Below are positions 10,085 to 21,058 of a stretch of 64,000 bases of DNA, piece after piece; within the stretch, counting starts at the first letter, position 1; each line of letters starts with the position of its first letter. The notes beneath the pieces were generated by a model. The model had not been told where the DNA came from. It did no database searches and saw only the letters and a list, made by a program, of their open reading frames with translations. Origin of the DNA: a bacterium (lineage in GTDB: Bacteria; Hinthialibacterota; Hinthialibacteria; Hinthialibacterales; Hinthialibacteraceae); the NCBI GenBank assembly GCA_963662285.2, contig CAXXMV010000006.1:416001-480000 (forward strand), in the 5' to 3' direction. Both the position numbers and the translations under genes were made by a program.

Positions 10085-13000
10085 TTATTCGGCATGAATC
10101 TCCAGTCCGGATAAAATTGGAGTATATTTCTGATTACCTCCGGAGCGTTTTAAGGTAATCGTTAAATCATCTTTCACTTGAACGTTCTCAATAATTTTTA
10201 CGATGGAACCTTTTGCATTGCCGGTTTCTTTAACAATATCAAAATCTTTTAATCGCATCTCACCTTGTATGAGAACGTCGAAAATCCGGTCTCCTGCCTG
10301 AAGGTCTTCCGCTTCGAAGAAATGCAGCACGATTTTATATGGCTGGGATGTTGCGTGACTCCCGGTTACCTCATTAAAACGGTTGCCGAACTGATTTGTA
10401 TGAGCGTTATTTTCAAACGCCTTTATTTCTATGCTCTCTTCAGTATTGGAGGGTTGGAGAAAAGGCCGGATCACGAGCTCGAACTCACCGGAAATTCCAG
10501 AAGCGGATACCCAAAGGGCTGACGCATCATTTTCTTCAGAAAACAATGAGGAATGATGCCGGAAAATGGTTGGCGATACGTCTTTGATATGAATGGGAAT
10601 ATCCGGAGATGGTCCACCAACGCTGGGAAATTCAATCCACAATAGACCTTCGTCATTGAATCGATTACCGGCGGCGCCGAAATTTATTCCAAGATGCTTG
10701 ACTGGTCTTGGTTCTTTTGGAGTCGGGTAGTAATCAAAACTCCAACTTTCAACCGGGGGGAATTGATAAAAATCATCAGGCATATTTATTAATGCCAGCG
10801 AAGTCTGGTTTTGATACGAACAGGTGCAGGTACGGGTAAAATCGGGTGCGTTAAGCACGCCATCTGCGGCGACTAAATTGGAAGTACACCCGGAACGGAA
10901 TCCCCCTATGGTTGTTGTTTCTCCCTGGTTGGAAAGATCAACATAAGCCGCTGCCGCCGAACGGAAGGTTAAAAGGTGTTCGCTGGCGATGGCGGTATTG
11001 CATCCCTTAAAACGCACCCAACTCTGTGGAATTGCATCCCCTGTCAACGGATGGGTAGTTGTTACTATCTCGCCGGTAAGTAGATTGTAGACTTTTGCAG
11101 GAGATGCGGTTTGATTTGAACCGCCTGTTTGAGTGATAATTGTATCATGGTGCAGGATGCATGGTCCGGAATATTTATCGTTGTTCTTCCAGATAAGGTT
11201 GCCATTAGACGCATTCAATACAGACATGCCCTGGTCTATCTCATCGAAAGCACGATCACCGGAACGGCTTCCCGCCTGCAATAATAGATCATATTCTTTA
11301 GAATAACTCAACCAGGTTCCAAATACATTCTCCTCAACATTCCATATTTCCATGCCGGTTCTAATATCAAAAGCATGTATGGTTGAGTTATCTTTAATCG
11401 GTATTCCACGTCTTTTTGAAATATTTACTCTCTTATCTGTTATGGAATCTATGCAGAATAGTTTTCCATTCCCCGCGACAATAGCATTATGTCTATAATT
11501 AGAGACCGCTTTCCGTTCCCACAGCTTCTCACCGGAATAGCGGTTTAATGCAATGATATACTTGCTTCCCATACCAAACTGATTATTCGACATAACAACG
11601 AATTTCTTGTCATGCTCGAAGACATGCAAAGGAGATGCGCCTGCGATTAGCAAATCTTCGTAAACTCCGATATACCCCCAATTCTGGTTTTCTCCTTCTT
11701 CATCAACCGGAAGTTCAAACCGGTCTAGTACATCGCCGGTTGCCGGATCGAGAACAAGGCATGCATTTTCACAAACCAGATAAATTCGATCCTTGGTTGC
11801 AATAAAATTAGTACCGAAAGCATTGGCGCCGGGATAATGCCGTTGATTTCCTCCACGGTAAAAAGGATCGGGATTATAGGTATCAGTGTAATACATATCA
11901 AGCGTATTAAGTTCGGGAAATTCCCTGCGCCACAACACTCGCCCGGTATAAACATCCCGCGCGCTCAATACATTGATGCCTTCTATGAATAGACGGCCGC
12001 CAACGATTTGCTGCGGGGGGCCATGCCCGTGCCGGGGCAGCACATCCAAATTGGATGGACCGCCAAACCATAGCGGACCCAACGGCGCTTTTACGATACT
12101 ATCTTTTGAGCACACTGTATTGGCGATATCACCATATTGATGAGTCCATTCCGCCGAACCGGGCAATGCTCCCTCGCGCTTTAAAATCACAGTATTTTCT
12201 TTTAACTGGAATTTTGCATTGGGGAGTATGCTGGTTTTGGCTTGCGCCATAAATATACTGCGCAATGGGTCGGGTATGGAAAAATAAGCCGCGCCTCCGT
12301 AAGGACGCAAAACACTGAAGACCTGTTGCGCAAAATCAGGATTGCCAATCAATCCTGAATGGTTGATATCTTCTGATACAACCAAATTAGCCAGATATGG
12401 CGATATGGGAATAGACGCAATAGTTCCGTTTATTAGAGAGATGCGTGAGCCATACAATCCCAGGCGGTCAAATTTTTTACGTAGAGAATCCACTTTTCGG
12501 GGATCGGAATCAAAACCGATGATATTGAGATTGGTTTGGCGAATGAGTTCTTCCGCCAGGCGTCCTGTTCCCATGCCTAGAATTATGCAATATCCATCTT
12601 TTATACCTGTTTCTCGAAGCATATCTTTAGTCAAACGGGATAGGGGATCATTCTTTGGAAGCAGAGCCGCTGTTGTTCGCTTAAGAATAACGGGTTGCGT
12701 TGCCTTCGCTCCGAAACAGTATAAGAGTCCTTCTTTGGTGGTAACGAATAATTTCCTATTAGCAGCCGCCATGCTCCACGGTTCACCTTCAATAGGGCTT
12801 CGCCAAACGGTGGAAGGTTTTGCATTTTCCCCTTTTTCAGGAATTGCATAGGAACAGACGTGATCGTTTGATGCTCCATACAAACGGGAACCAGCCTTGA
12901 GAAAGACGCGATCAAACGCATTTTCGATTTTCCATAAATCAGAGAATCGAATGCGTTTTTGTTTTATGCCTTTTCGATCTGTATATTCGCTAATAACCGG

Positions 13001-14005
13001 TTCCACATCTCTTGCAATGATCGATTTGTCTGTATCTACTCCTAGTATGAAATCTGGAGTAAATATCGATACTGGATAGGAGGCTAAATATTCTCCATCT
13101 TCCATGTTATATATTCGACCATCGTTAAAAAACAATTTATCCCCGGCAATAAAATCGTATCCACCATATTTTGTTACCGCCTGATAATAAAGGAATTCTC
13201 CGGAATGACGGTCGTAACAAGCTGGAACCGAGCGTCCACCGGATACAAGCAGTTTGTCTCCGCTAATCCCCAGATATCCCTGCGGCGCCACTCCTGCGAA
13301 TGCCGGACTGTTATGGGGTTGCAAGGTGAAATCTGATCCGCTACGGCTATTAGTCCAAATAACCTGGCCGCTTGTAGCATCCACTGCATGGATAAAGGTT
13401 CCCATGAAGGGCCATATACTGGCAGCGAAATAAATAATCCCATCGGCAAGCACCGGGCCTCCCCGCGCCGGCCACATGGAAATCACCCTTTCGTTACCGA
13501 GTAGTCTATAATCGGAGGGACTGCCTTGAAATTTCCATTGCAAGACGCCGTCTTCAGCATTAAGGCAATAAAGATAACTATCGTCAGAAATGAAGTAGAC
13601 TTTTCCTTGCCAGGCGACCGGAGCGAACCGGACAGGACCCTCTGCATAAAAGGTCCACTTTTCACGCCCAGTTTCCGTATCGAACGCCATTAAACAATCA
13701 CGAACCATTGAAGAGATGAAAAGAGTATCTCCTATAACGATTGGTTCATAGGAAGCGTCGAACTGCATGCGGTATTCTGAACTTGGCCAACATGATTTCG
13801 GCGTATCCAGGCGCCTGACCCATTGCAGGTATAGATCATCATGCAATTCTTCCGGCGAGTTGGCCGTTCGACCGGCGTCGAAATGCCTCATAGGCCAGTC
13901 TTCGGCATAAATGGGAATAATAGATGCAAGCCCGATAAAAAGAATCAACAAATAACGAAACTTTTGTTGAAATATTCTAGATGTAATTCTTATTTGTCCA
14001 ACCAT
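10085..14005 (-). CDS. Secreted PQQ-like beta-propeller protein with internal SAM-methyltransferase-like domain and C-terminal malectin-like domain
   Basis: DWPM..FDAGRT and WPARGGPV propeller motifs; ILGMGTGRL Rossmann segment; second propeller EWTHQYGD; RSGCTS..CTCSY; C-terminal LHFFE..GDRIFDV.IQG..LKDFDI..PILSGLEI. Confidence 0.75.
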   Translation of the reverse strand: MVGQIRITSRIFQQKFRYLLILFIGLASIIPIYAEDWPMRHFDAGRTANSPEELHDDLYLQWVRRLDTPKSCWPSSEYRMQFDASYEPIVIGDTLFISSMVRDCLMAFDTETGREKWTFYAEGPVRFAPVAWQGKVYFISDDSYLYCLNAEDGVLQWKFQGSPSDYRLLGNERVISMWPARGGPVLADGIIYFAASIWPFMGTFIHAVDATSGQVIWTNSRSGSDFTLQPHNSPAFAGVAPQGYLGISGDKLLVSGGRSVPACYDRHSGEFLYYQAVTKYGGYDFIAGDKLFFNDGRIYNMEDGEYLASYPVSIFTPDFILGVDTDKSIIARDVEPVISEYTDRKGIKQKRIRFSDLWKIENAFDRVFLKAGSRLYGASNDHVCSYAIPEKGENAKPSTVWRSPIEGEPWSMAAANRKLFVTTKEGLLYCFGAKATQPVILKRTTAALLPKNDPLSRLTKDMLRETGIKDGYCIILGMGTGRLAEELIRQTNLNIIGFDSDPRKVDSLRKKFDRLGLYGSRISLINGTIASIPISPYLANLVVSEDINHSGLIGNPDFAQQVFSVLRPYGGAAYFSIPDPLRSIFMAQAKTSILPNAKFQLKENTVILKREGALPGSAEWTHQYGDIANTVCSKDSIVKAPLGPLWFGGPSNLDVLPRHGHGPPQQIVGGRLFIEGINVLSARDVYTGRVLWRREFPELNTLDMYYTDTYNPDPFYRGGNQRHYPGANAFGTNFIATKDRIYLVCENACLVLDPATGDVLDRFELPVDEEGENQNWGYIGVYEDLLIAGASPLHVFEHDKKFVVMSNNQFGMGSKYIIALNRYSGEKLWERKAVSNYRHNAIVAGNGKLFCIDSITDKRVNISKRRGIPIKDNSTIHAFDIRTGMEIWNVEENVFGTWLSYSKEYDLLLQAGSRSGDRAFDEIDQGMSVLNASNGNLIWKNNDKYSGPCILHHDTIITQTGGSNQTASPAKVYNLLTGEIVTTTHPLTGDAIPQSWVRFKGCNTAIASEHLLTFRSAAAAYVDLSNQGETTTIGGFRSGCTSNLVAADGVLNAPDFTRTCTCSYQNQTSLALINMPDDFYQFPPVESWSFDYYPTPKEPRPVKHLGINFGAAGNRFNDEGLLWIEFPSVGGPSPDIPIHIKDVSPTIFRHHSSLFSEENDASALWVSASGISGEFELVIRPFLQPSNTEESIEIKAFENNAHTNQFGNRFNEVTGSHATSQPYKIVLHFFEAEDLQAGDRIFDVLIQGEMRLKDFDIVKETGNAKGSIVKIIENVQVKDDLTITLKRSGGNQKYTPILSGLEIHAE

Positions 14006-14174
14006 TTTGTCTTTTTCTAATTTGATGTTTTTTAAGCCGAATCACTAAATTCATTGATAAGCGGCTATCAATGAATTGGGGAGTAAGCATAATTGCTCTA
14101 CATCAATCCTAATCTCATAGATACGGCTAGGCAAGATTGATATCTTACCCGGCCTTTTATATATTTTGGATTAT

Positions 14175-17100
14175 CTAGAACAGATGCCAATTCATAACTT
14201 TGGTATCTTCTTGAAACTCATAGGCTCCGATATCCGGCGCAATACTATAAGGGCGTTGGTTTCCGATGTAATCAACCAGTACATCAGTAGCGATCCCGGA
14301 ATCAATAAGTGGGGAAGTTACCGAAAGACTGACATTCAGGTTTGGCATATCTTGAAATTCCGGATTGATTGAAAAGTTAGTTTCAACCAGACTAGAAGGC
14401 AATTGCATCAAGTTGGAATGGCTTAATGTTGCTATTGAAATTCCATCAACCTGTAGGCTCTGTTCGGAATCCCAGATTATACAATTTATAATCTCTCCGG
14501 TTCCGCCTCCTTGATTGGGATTCTTTTCATAGATCCCGATGCCCGTCTTGCAGGAAACAATTGTGTTATGAATGATTTGCGCAACGCATTCATCTTTGAT
14601 CGCGATGCCAATTGCGCAACCGGCAATCACCGTATTGATAACCGAAGGAGTACTGCTTCCTTCAAGTGAGATTCCCTTATCTGCGCAATTTTCAATCCAG
14701 TTTCTTTCCATCAGCGGCGAAGAAAAGCCCAAATCAATTCCATCATCTTCAGAGCCTGAAATGACATTTCCACGAATCACGGAACCGCTTCCTAGTTCAC
14801 CATCAAAGTCGATAGCGTCACTGTACCCTATCGTATTCTCGAAGCGGTTGTTCTCTACAATGCTGAAGCAGTTACTGCAATGCAGCATCTCGCCTAAATT
14901 GAGAAATCGGTTTGCGCGAATGGTTAAATACGAATTGTGCGCCTCAATTCCGGCGCCTGCGCCATTGCCGAGTGAGATATCATGGATGAAACATCCAACG
15001 ACCTCTATGGTGCTGTCGTTAATTGTAATCGCAGCGGGATACTGTTTATTATTGTATCCGGTTGGACTGGTTTGGGTTAATTCTGCATAATGAATTCTGA
15101 CCGTTCCAACTGCTCTTTCTACAGCGATCACGCCCCAATTTTGTTCTGGATTCTCTGGAAGAAAACGTACCGGATGGTCTTCTTCTCCATTCACGATCAG
15201 AGTTCCGTAAACAATAATTGAAGCAGCTGGCGCCATCTTAAACGTAATACCCGGTTCGATTGTCAATGAACTTGTCGAGGGAATGATAATATTCCGATCA
15301 ACCGTTATCGGGCTTTGATCTGTCGTCCAGATTTCATCTCCTTGGATTTCCCACTCATCTCCAACTGGTTCAGATTGCCAATTGACAACAACATCCGTTG
15401 CTTCGAGAATCTGACCACCCGCATTCAAAGCTTCGATATGAAATGAATTTTTGCCCGGTTGAAGAGTATAGGGATACGTCCATTCCGCTTTCCAGGGGAC
15501 ATAGTTAACCGGTGCGCCGTTAACGTGTACCGAGTAAGTCAGAATCGCGTTGGCATTGCCTTTTACTTCAATATTCCTTGCTTCTTTAGTCGCTCCGTCA
15601 AGTTGCGCCGCCAATGAAAAATCGGAACTGTTTAAATCTACATTAGCGCCAAAAAGCGCCAGAACATTCTCGCCCTTCACGAGCAAGGCGGAAGCATTAT
15701 CAATGGAGAAAGATTCGGGGCTTTGCGCTTCATGATTTCCATCCGCAAAAGAGTTGAATGTTGGCGTCATCGAGTAATTGTTACGTGCGACTTCCGTTCC
15801 ATTCAAATAAGCCACAAAGCCATCATCATATAAAACGTGTAAAATTAAACTCGTTAAATTTTCAGGATCTTCGATTTGAAACGTTTTACGAATAAAAACC
15901 GTCGAATATTGATTCTGCATATCATTTAGAATAGTACGGTCATCGTTGTCTCCGTATCCAATGCCGATGGGGCCGGATTCCCATGAAGAATCATCGAATC
16001 CAATTTGATTCCAATCAGCAGGTAAAGCCTGTTGTCCACGGAAAAAGCGCCATTGCGCTCCATCGGGGATAACTACCAATCCACTTTCCATACTGACTTC
16101 AGCAGTTAGCGAGCGTGGGATTGACGATTGAATGAAATCCCTTAATTCTCTTGAAACTTGTTTCATATCGTTGCGGACATCTTCATTCGCAACTGAAGAT
16201 GTCCGGTCGATTATGGCATCCATTTTTTCCTGAGTAATTTCATTATCGAGGATGCTGGCCAATTCCGCATAATAAAACCGTGCTATACCTGGATGGGTTA
16301 GAAAACGATAGATGGCTGGAGTATCGTATTGAAAAATTGGTCGGAACGGCCGGATAATAACACTATCCAGATCCCAGGGTAACAGATAGAACAGATCATC
16401 ATTTGGATTGTTATACATATAGTAATCATCTCCCCGTTCTTTGGAGAGACCGCCTTCGAGATCATTAAGTATTTTCTTGAGAGCAAACCAGCGAAGCCAT
16501 TGATGAACATTGATATTCTGTTGCAATGCCTCAACAAACTGGTCGTCGCTTGTCGTGGAGAACGCGGTGCATAATCGGATAACATCGGAATAATCATCTT
16601 CCAGTGCGTTGGTGATTTTTTCGTAGTTGGATCGATACCGATTGGGATCATCGCCCCGGTAATCCAGATTGGCTTCTTCTATACCCCGGTACAGATTGCC
16701 GCTTTCATCCCCGAATTGACGACCCATCATGTCTTTATCGGTTCGTTCCATTTCAATGTAATTGGGAACAAATTTCTTGTTGAATACCAGCGAAACAAAT
16801 TGCGTGTTTGGCGCTGGCAGTTGAAGAAGCTTAAAACATTCCATGCCCACATACTGACGATGCGGTTCTATCGCATTTAGATTAAGTTTACGAACTGTAT
16901 CGAAATAATGGCTTAGAGAAAAATTTACGCGGTACGATTTAGGTTCTTTTCCTCTCGAACCTTTACCGCGGAATCGCACGCCGACGTTATAGTAGATAGC
17001 ATCATTATAAATGAATGAAGAATCAAGTTCTTCATTACTCTGTGCAGAGCGGGTGCGCAATGTACGCTCATCTTCATCCCGCATAATAATGCGATACAGT

Positions 17101-18026
17101 GGTATATCGGTGTTATAGACTGTATCATCAACTCGATATATTGCTGGCCGGTCCTCGCCTTGGATCGGAAAGAATCCACTATTCAAATCTGTATCAATCG
17201 CTTCAATATAAAATTCAACAACGCTTCCCGTGGTTTGAGCGGGAATATTTGTTCCCCAAATACTATCCTTGGCGGAACCATCGTTATGTTTACCATCATC
17301 GTACATTTCCGATGTTATAAAGAGAGTTTCCTGCTCGAGTTTGAACCATACATTGGCTTCTTGAATAGGTAGGGGATGATCCATCTGGCAGATAATGGTT
17401 ACTGTATCACCGCTTGTTGGCGATACAGGACTTTGGGTAACATCTTTTACAATAGGAAATGGTGAAGGAACCATTGAAGAGTTTGGTTTACCTGGAGTAC
17501 CTCCAATCGGTCCTTTCCGCCAACTTTCAGGTCGGTTGCTAGACATAAATGGATTTATTCGTTCGATTGATGCGCCCAATCCATCCGCTTCAGGCGGCCA
17601 TCCTCCTTCATCACGATATAAAACACTATCCACCATTTCATGTAAATCATTGAGTAAACTAATAGTCTCGCCGTCGTTGCTTAATTTCCCCTTGAAGGGT
17701 CCAAATGCAGAAATGTCAGGATAAAGTTTTTGCATTGCGACAGGTGATGCGGATACAACTAAGTAGCCCGCAGCTGGAAAAATAGTGTCCGGTGGAAAAG
17801 CAAACCGGATACCTTCATCGATTTGCCAGTTCGATATATCCACATCACTCGTAGTCGGATTGAACAACTCAATGTATTCATCATCATTATCCAGGGAAGA
17901 TGGATAATACATGATTTCATTAATGACAATTTGAGCATTGCTTGTAGAGACAAATATAATAGAAACCACAAAAATCAGGGGAAAAAGACGCATGACTGGA
18001 TGTTTCCTCTCGATATTTCGATACAT
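14175..18026 (-). CDS. Secreted lamin-tail domain + CotH kinase + beta-helix protein with C-terminal VxNWxLF tail
   Basis: IVINEIMY.P/EYIELFN (LTD); GVRFRG and LLPWDLD (CotH); LYDDGFVAYLNG; DAIDFD/DDGID beta-helix; APDIGAYE; ends KVMNWHLF. Confidence 0.8.
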   Translation of the reverse strand: MYRNIERKHPVMRLFPLIFVVSIIFVSTSNAQIVINEIMYYPSSLDNDDEYIELFNPTTSDVDISNWQIDEGIRFAFPPDTIFPAAGYLVVSASPVAMQKLYPDISAFGPFKGKLSNDGETISLLNDLHEMVDSVLYRDEGGWPPEADGLGASIERINPFMSSNRPESWRKGPIGGTPGKPNSSMVPSPFPIVKDVTQSPVSPTSGDTVTIICQMDHPLPIQEANVWFKLEQETLFITSEMYDDGKHNDGSAKDSIWGTNIPAQTTGSVVEFYIEAIDTDLNSGFFPIQGEDRPAIYRVDDTVYNTDIPLYRIIMRDEDERTLRTRSAQSNEELDSSFIYNDAIYYNVGVRFRGKGSRGKEPKSYRVNFSLSHYFDTVRKLNLNAIEPHRQYVGMECFKLLQLPAPNTQFVSLVFNKKFVPNYIEMERTDKDMMGRQFGDESGNLYRGIEEANLDYRGDDPNRYRSNYEKITNALEDDYSDVIRLCTAFSTTSDDQFVEALQQNINVHQWLRWFALKKILNDLEGGLSKERGDDYYMYNNPNDDLFYLLPWDLDSVIIRPFRPIFQYDTPAIYRFLTHPGIARFYYAELASILDNEITQEKMDAIIDRTSSVANEDVRNDMKQVSRELRDFIQSSIPRSLTAEVSMESGLVVIPDGAQWRFFRGQQALPADWNQIGFDDSSWESGPIGIGYGDNDDRTILNDMQNQYSTVFIRKTFQIEDPENLTSLILHVLYDDGFVAYLNGTEVARNNYSMTPTFNSFADGNHEAQSPESFSIDNASALLVKGENVLALFGANVDLNSSDFSLAAQLDGATKEARNIEVKGNANAILTYSVHVNGAPVNYVPWKAEWTYPYTLQPGKNSFHIEALNAGGQILEATDVVVNWQSEPVGDEWEIQGDEIWTTDQSPITVDRNIIIPSTSSLTIEPGITFKMAPAASIIVYGTLIVNGEEDHPVRFLPENPEQNWGVIAVERAVGTVRIHYAELTQTSPTGYNNKQYPAAITINDSTIEVVGCFIHDISLGNGAGAGIEAHNSYLTIRANRFLNLGEMLHCSNCFSIVENNRFENTIGYSDAIDFDGELGSGSVIRGNVISGSEDDGIDLGFSSPLMERNWIENCADKGISLEGSSTPSVINTVIAGCAIGIAIKDECVAQIIHNTIVSCKTGIGIYEKNPNQGGGTGEIINCIIWDSEQSLQVDGISIATLSHSNLMQLPSSLVETNFSINPEFQDMPNLNVSLSVTSPLIDSGIATDVLVDYIGNQRPYSIAPDIGAYEFQEDTKVMNWHLF

Positions 18027-18049
18027 GGAATACTCCTGGATATACTTTG

Positions 18050-18080
18050 AAAACGGGGCAGACGAAGAGACGCCTGCCCC
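18050..18080 (-). terminator. Intrinsic terminator-like hairpin
   Basis: Minus strand ggggcaggcg-tctctt-cgtctgcccc-gttt, downstream of 18171-20813. Confidence 0.6.
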
Positions 18081-18170
18081 TTAATAAAGTATATCAAGAA
18101 ATTAGTAATACATCGACCAATTTGTTCTCTCCAGAAAATAGATTCTGCATCATCAGCGAAATTACTAAAT

Positions 18171-20813
18171 TTAGTAAATAGACCATTCGTAGACCGGTGT
18201 GGTATCTACCAAGTCTACTTTAATGAAAAATCTACGTGCTTCTGACTGTGTGAAGGTGGAGGGATTATCGGCAATACCTCCGCTATCGGTTCCTGTAGTG
18301 GTATCGAAGACATAGTCAGGAGGAACCTCACCACGGTCGCTTGTACCTTCGCCTGCAAATCCAATGTAGACGCCATTCAACCATGCCAGCCCGGCATCGT
18401 CAGCTTCCAGCAGCAAATAGAGACCGGAGATGGAATCGTAATTGGCCGCATCGAATATAGTGCGCGTGTAAACGGTTTCATCCGCTGTTGTGAGTCGAGT
18501 TTCACCATTTTCACCGTCATTACCACCGTGGCCAATGGAAAATCCAATATCGGATTGCTGGGTCCAGCCGCTGTCATCAAAATCTCGCTGTTGCCAATTC
18601 GGTTCCTCTTCACCTGTAAGGTCATCGGATAAGACCACTTTCCAGTTAAATTGTGATCCCTGAGGCCAGCCGCCTTCCGCGCTGCTATCTTGAACATAAA
18701 TTACGCCATTGTTGTCGGATAAATCTGCTGTAGCAGCTAAATCACTGCTTCCATTGTCATCATTCCATAATCCAATAGCGAGTACATTACCCTGTTTGTA
18801 TAGGGGGACATCTTCCACTACCTCAAAGGGGGTAAGTGAAGTTGGACCAGTCGCGATTACGACATAGGAGCCATCGTCGCCTGAACCATTCCAATCACCA
18901 CTTGATGCATCCGGGGGAGAAGTCACATCATAAGTAAGCGTATTGCTTCCTCTAGCGCCGGTTAGAGTCCAGACAATGTTGCCATCAGCGTCAACACTGG
19001 CTGCTCCTGCGCTTTGGCTTACAATTGATGCAGTCCAGCCAGACGGTGGAGTTTCGGTGATGATTACGTCCGATTGCTGTCCATCAGGGATGTTCGCCGT
19101 CAACTGGATCCCTTCAAGCGCCTGTCCGGGTATAAAGCCGGATGATGGCATTGTACGGCTAAGAGTGAAAGGAGTTGCTTTTATAAGAATCTTAAAAGTT
19201 CGCGCTTCGGGCTGCGTGTAAGTGGATGGATTAGCTTCAATGCCTCCGCTGTCTGTTCCTGTTGTAGTGTCAAATACAAAGTTGGGTGGAACCTCACCCC
19301 GGTCGCTTGCAGCCTCACCTGCTAAACCGATATAGACGCCATTGAACCAAGCCAATGCGGCGTCATCGCCTTCCAGTTTCAAGGTTAATTCAAAAATCCC
19401 TTCATAATCGACGGCGTCAAAGATGGAGCGCGTGTACACGGTTTCTTCATCTTCGGAGAGAATAGTTTCACCATTTTCTCCATCATTACCGCCATGTCCG
19501 ATAGTAAAGCCCACATCAGTCTGGATAGCCCACCAGTTATCTTCCAGGGCGACGAAATCACGGTTCTGCCACCCAGGTTCCTCTTCTCCATATCCATCAG
19601 CAAAAAGCACGGTCTTCCATTGGAACACCGTGCCTTGCGGCCAACCGCCCTCTGCGCTGGTGTCCTGTACATAGATCACGCCATTGTTGTCGGACAATTC
19701 CGCCGTAGCGGCCAGGTCGGAGCTGCTGTTACTATCATTCCAAACACCGATAGCTAGAACATTGCCAGTTTCGAAGAACGGAACCAGCATTTGGATCAAG
19801 TCATCGCCGGTAACACTGAAAAATTCATTAACGGTTCCGCTGAAGGTGTTATAAGCGGCTGCGTTAATTCCCGCCTGGATCGAGTAAGTAAGTGTTTTCG
19901 ATCCGCTGAAACCGGGCAAGTTCCAGGTTATTTTACCATCAACCGCCACGCCGCCATCACTGATATTTTCGGCTGTCCATCCGAATGGAATATCCTCGAC
20001 TATCACTACATCACTGGTTCCTACCGCGAGCGATACATCCATAGAAATGTCTGAAGAGCCACCGGCCGAGATTATCTTCGTCGATATATCACGCACGCAT
20101 TGCGCAATAGGCACATTATCGAGCAGCACGGTAAGTTTTGGTTGATTTTCGGAGCCATACGATGAAATTACCCCATGACCACCTCCTGAGACGGGAATAA
20201 ATATCCAGCCATAGTTTGTTCCTCCATTGACGATATTTTGAATGGCATCGGTCATGTCAATTTTCAGTATATCGCCCTCGTTACTTGAACCGGGGCAGAA
20301 AGCAATAGCGGACGCGGCGTAATCCTCACCAGCCCGGGGAGCAACTCCGTCGCCAAAATCAATCAAATCACTGGCGTCATCAAAAGGAATCAGCAACTCA
20401 TGAATATCCGCGCTTCCTCCTTCATCATCAACTACTAAGTCTAATTGCGCGAGTTGAACGATGCTGTTTGGTGGAATCTGATTGACCCCGGTTCCTACGA
20501 TATCTTCGAACCGGATAAAACCATAATTGACTCCATTCGCATCAGAATCATCCCATTCCCATGTCTCATCAAATCCATGTACAGCGTCAGGAACTCCTGT
20601 TTGGAAGAAGGTGTCGTAAGTTCCCTCATAACCGTTTACTTCCTGTTGAAATTCATAGATTCCATCCTGAGCGTGAGCGAGTGTTCCCAATACTAATACT
20701 AAGCATAATGCGCCCAGAAAAATTACTGTTCCTTCATTGATAATTCCCATCGAGTGCTTGCGTGATTTGCCCATTATTTTTTCCTTTATTTTGAAATAAT
20801 TGATCTTATGCAA
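18171..20813 (-). CDS. Secreted acidic multidomain protein (DNRLRE-like N-domain, duplicated Ig-like and beta-sandwich modules) with C-terminal VxEWSIY tail
   Basis: Signal peptide ending AHA; FQQEVNGYEGT.DT/GFIRF/NYGWIF/PKLTV; two copies each of E..P.GWTA..I.W.L..LTY and GNVLAIG.WND...DD..AW.NGVYIG. True start may be MGKS (20774) or MGII. Confidence 0.7.
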   Translation of the reverse strand: MHKINYFKIKEKIMGKSRKHSMGIINEGTVIFLGALCLVLVLGTLAHAQDGIYEFQQEVNGYEGTYDTFFQTGVPDAVHGFDETWEWDDSDANGVNYGFIRFEDIVGTGVNQIPPNSIVQLAQLDLVVDDEGGSADIHELLIPFDDASDLIDFGDGVAPRAGEDYAASAIAFCPGSSNEGDILKIDMTDAIQNIVNGGTNYGWIFIPVSGGGHGVISSYGSENQPKLTVLLDNVPIAQCVRDISTKIISAGGSSDISMDVSLAVGTSDVVIVEDIPFGWTAENISDGGVAVDGKITWNLPGFSGSKTLTYSIQAGINAAAYNTFSGTVNEFFSVTGDDLIQMLVPFFETGNVLAIGVWNDSNSSSDLAATAELSDNNGVIYVQDTSAEGGWPQGTVFQWKTVLFADGYGEEEPGWQNRDFVALEDNWWAIQTDVGFTIGHGGNDGENGETILSEDEETVYTRSIFDAVDYEGIFELTLKLEGDDAALAWFNGVYIGLAGEAASDRGEVPPNFVFDTTTGTDSGGIEANPSTYTQPEARTFKILIKATPFTLSRTMPSSGFIPGQALEGIQLTANIPDGQQSDVIITETPPSGWTASIVSQSAGAASVDADGNIVWTLTGARGSNTLTYDVTSPPDASSGDWNGSGDDGSYVVIATGPTSLTPFEVVEDVPLYKQGNVLAIGLWNDDNGSSDLAATADLSDNNGVIYVQDSSAEGGWPQGSQFNWKVVLSDDLTGEEEPNWQQRDFDDSGWTQQSDIGFSIGHGGNDGENGETRLTTADETVYTRTIFDAANYDSISGLYLLLEADDAGLAWLNGVYIGFAGEGTSDRGEVPPDYVFDTTTGTDSGGIADNPSTFTQSEARRFFIKVDLVDTTPVYEWSIY

Positions 20814-21058
20814 CCGCAGTTATACTACGTGCGCATTTTTATTAGTCCCTTCAAAGCGATTTAATCCGTTTTGATATCCAATTTGCTTTTCATGCAAAAT
20901 AATTAAGATGTTGCTTCATAAAATTTGATACAACATGGATAAAGAGTTGTTCTTTAACTTGAATATTTCTACATTATCACCACCTTTCGTAAGAGTTCTC
21001 TATTGAAATCAAATTGTTGTTTAATATTCATATATTGTTTTTGATTGATTTTTTACGC

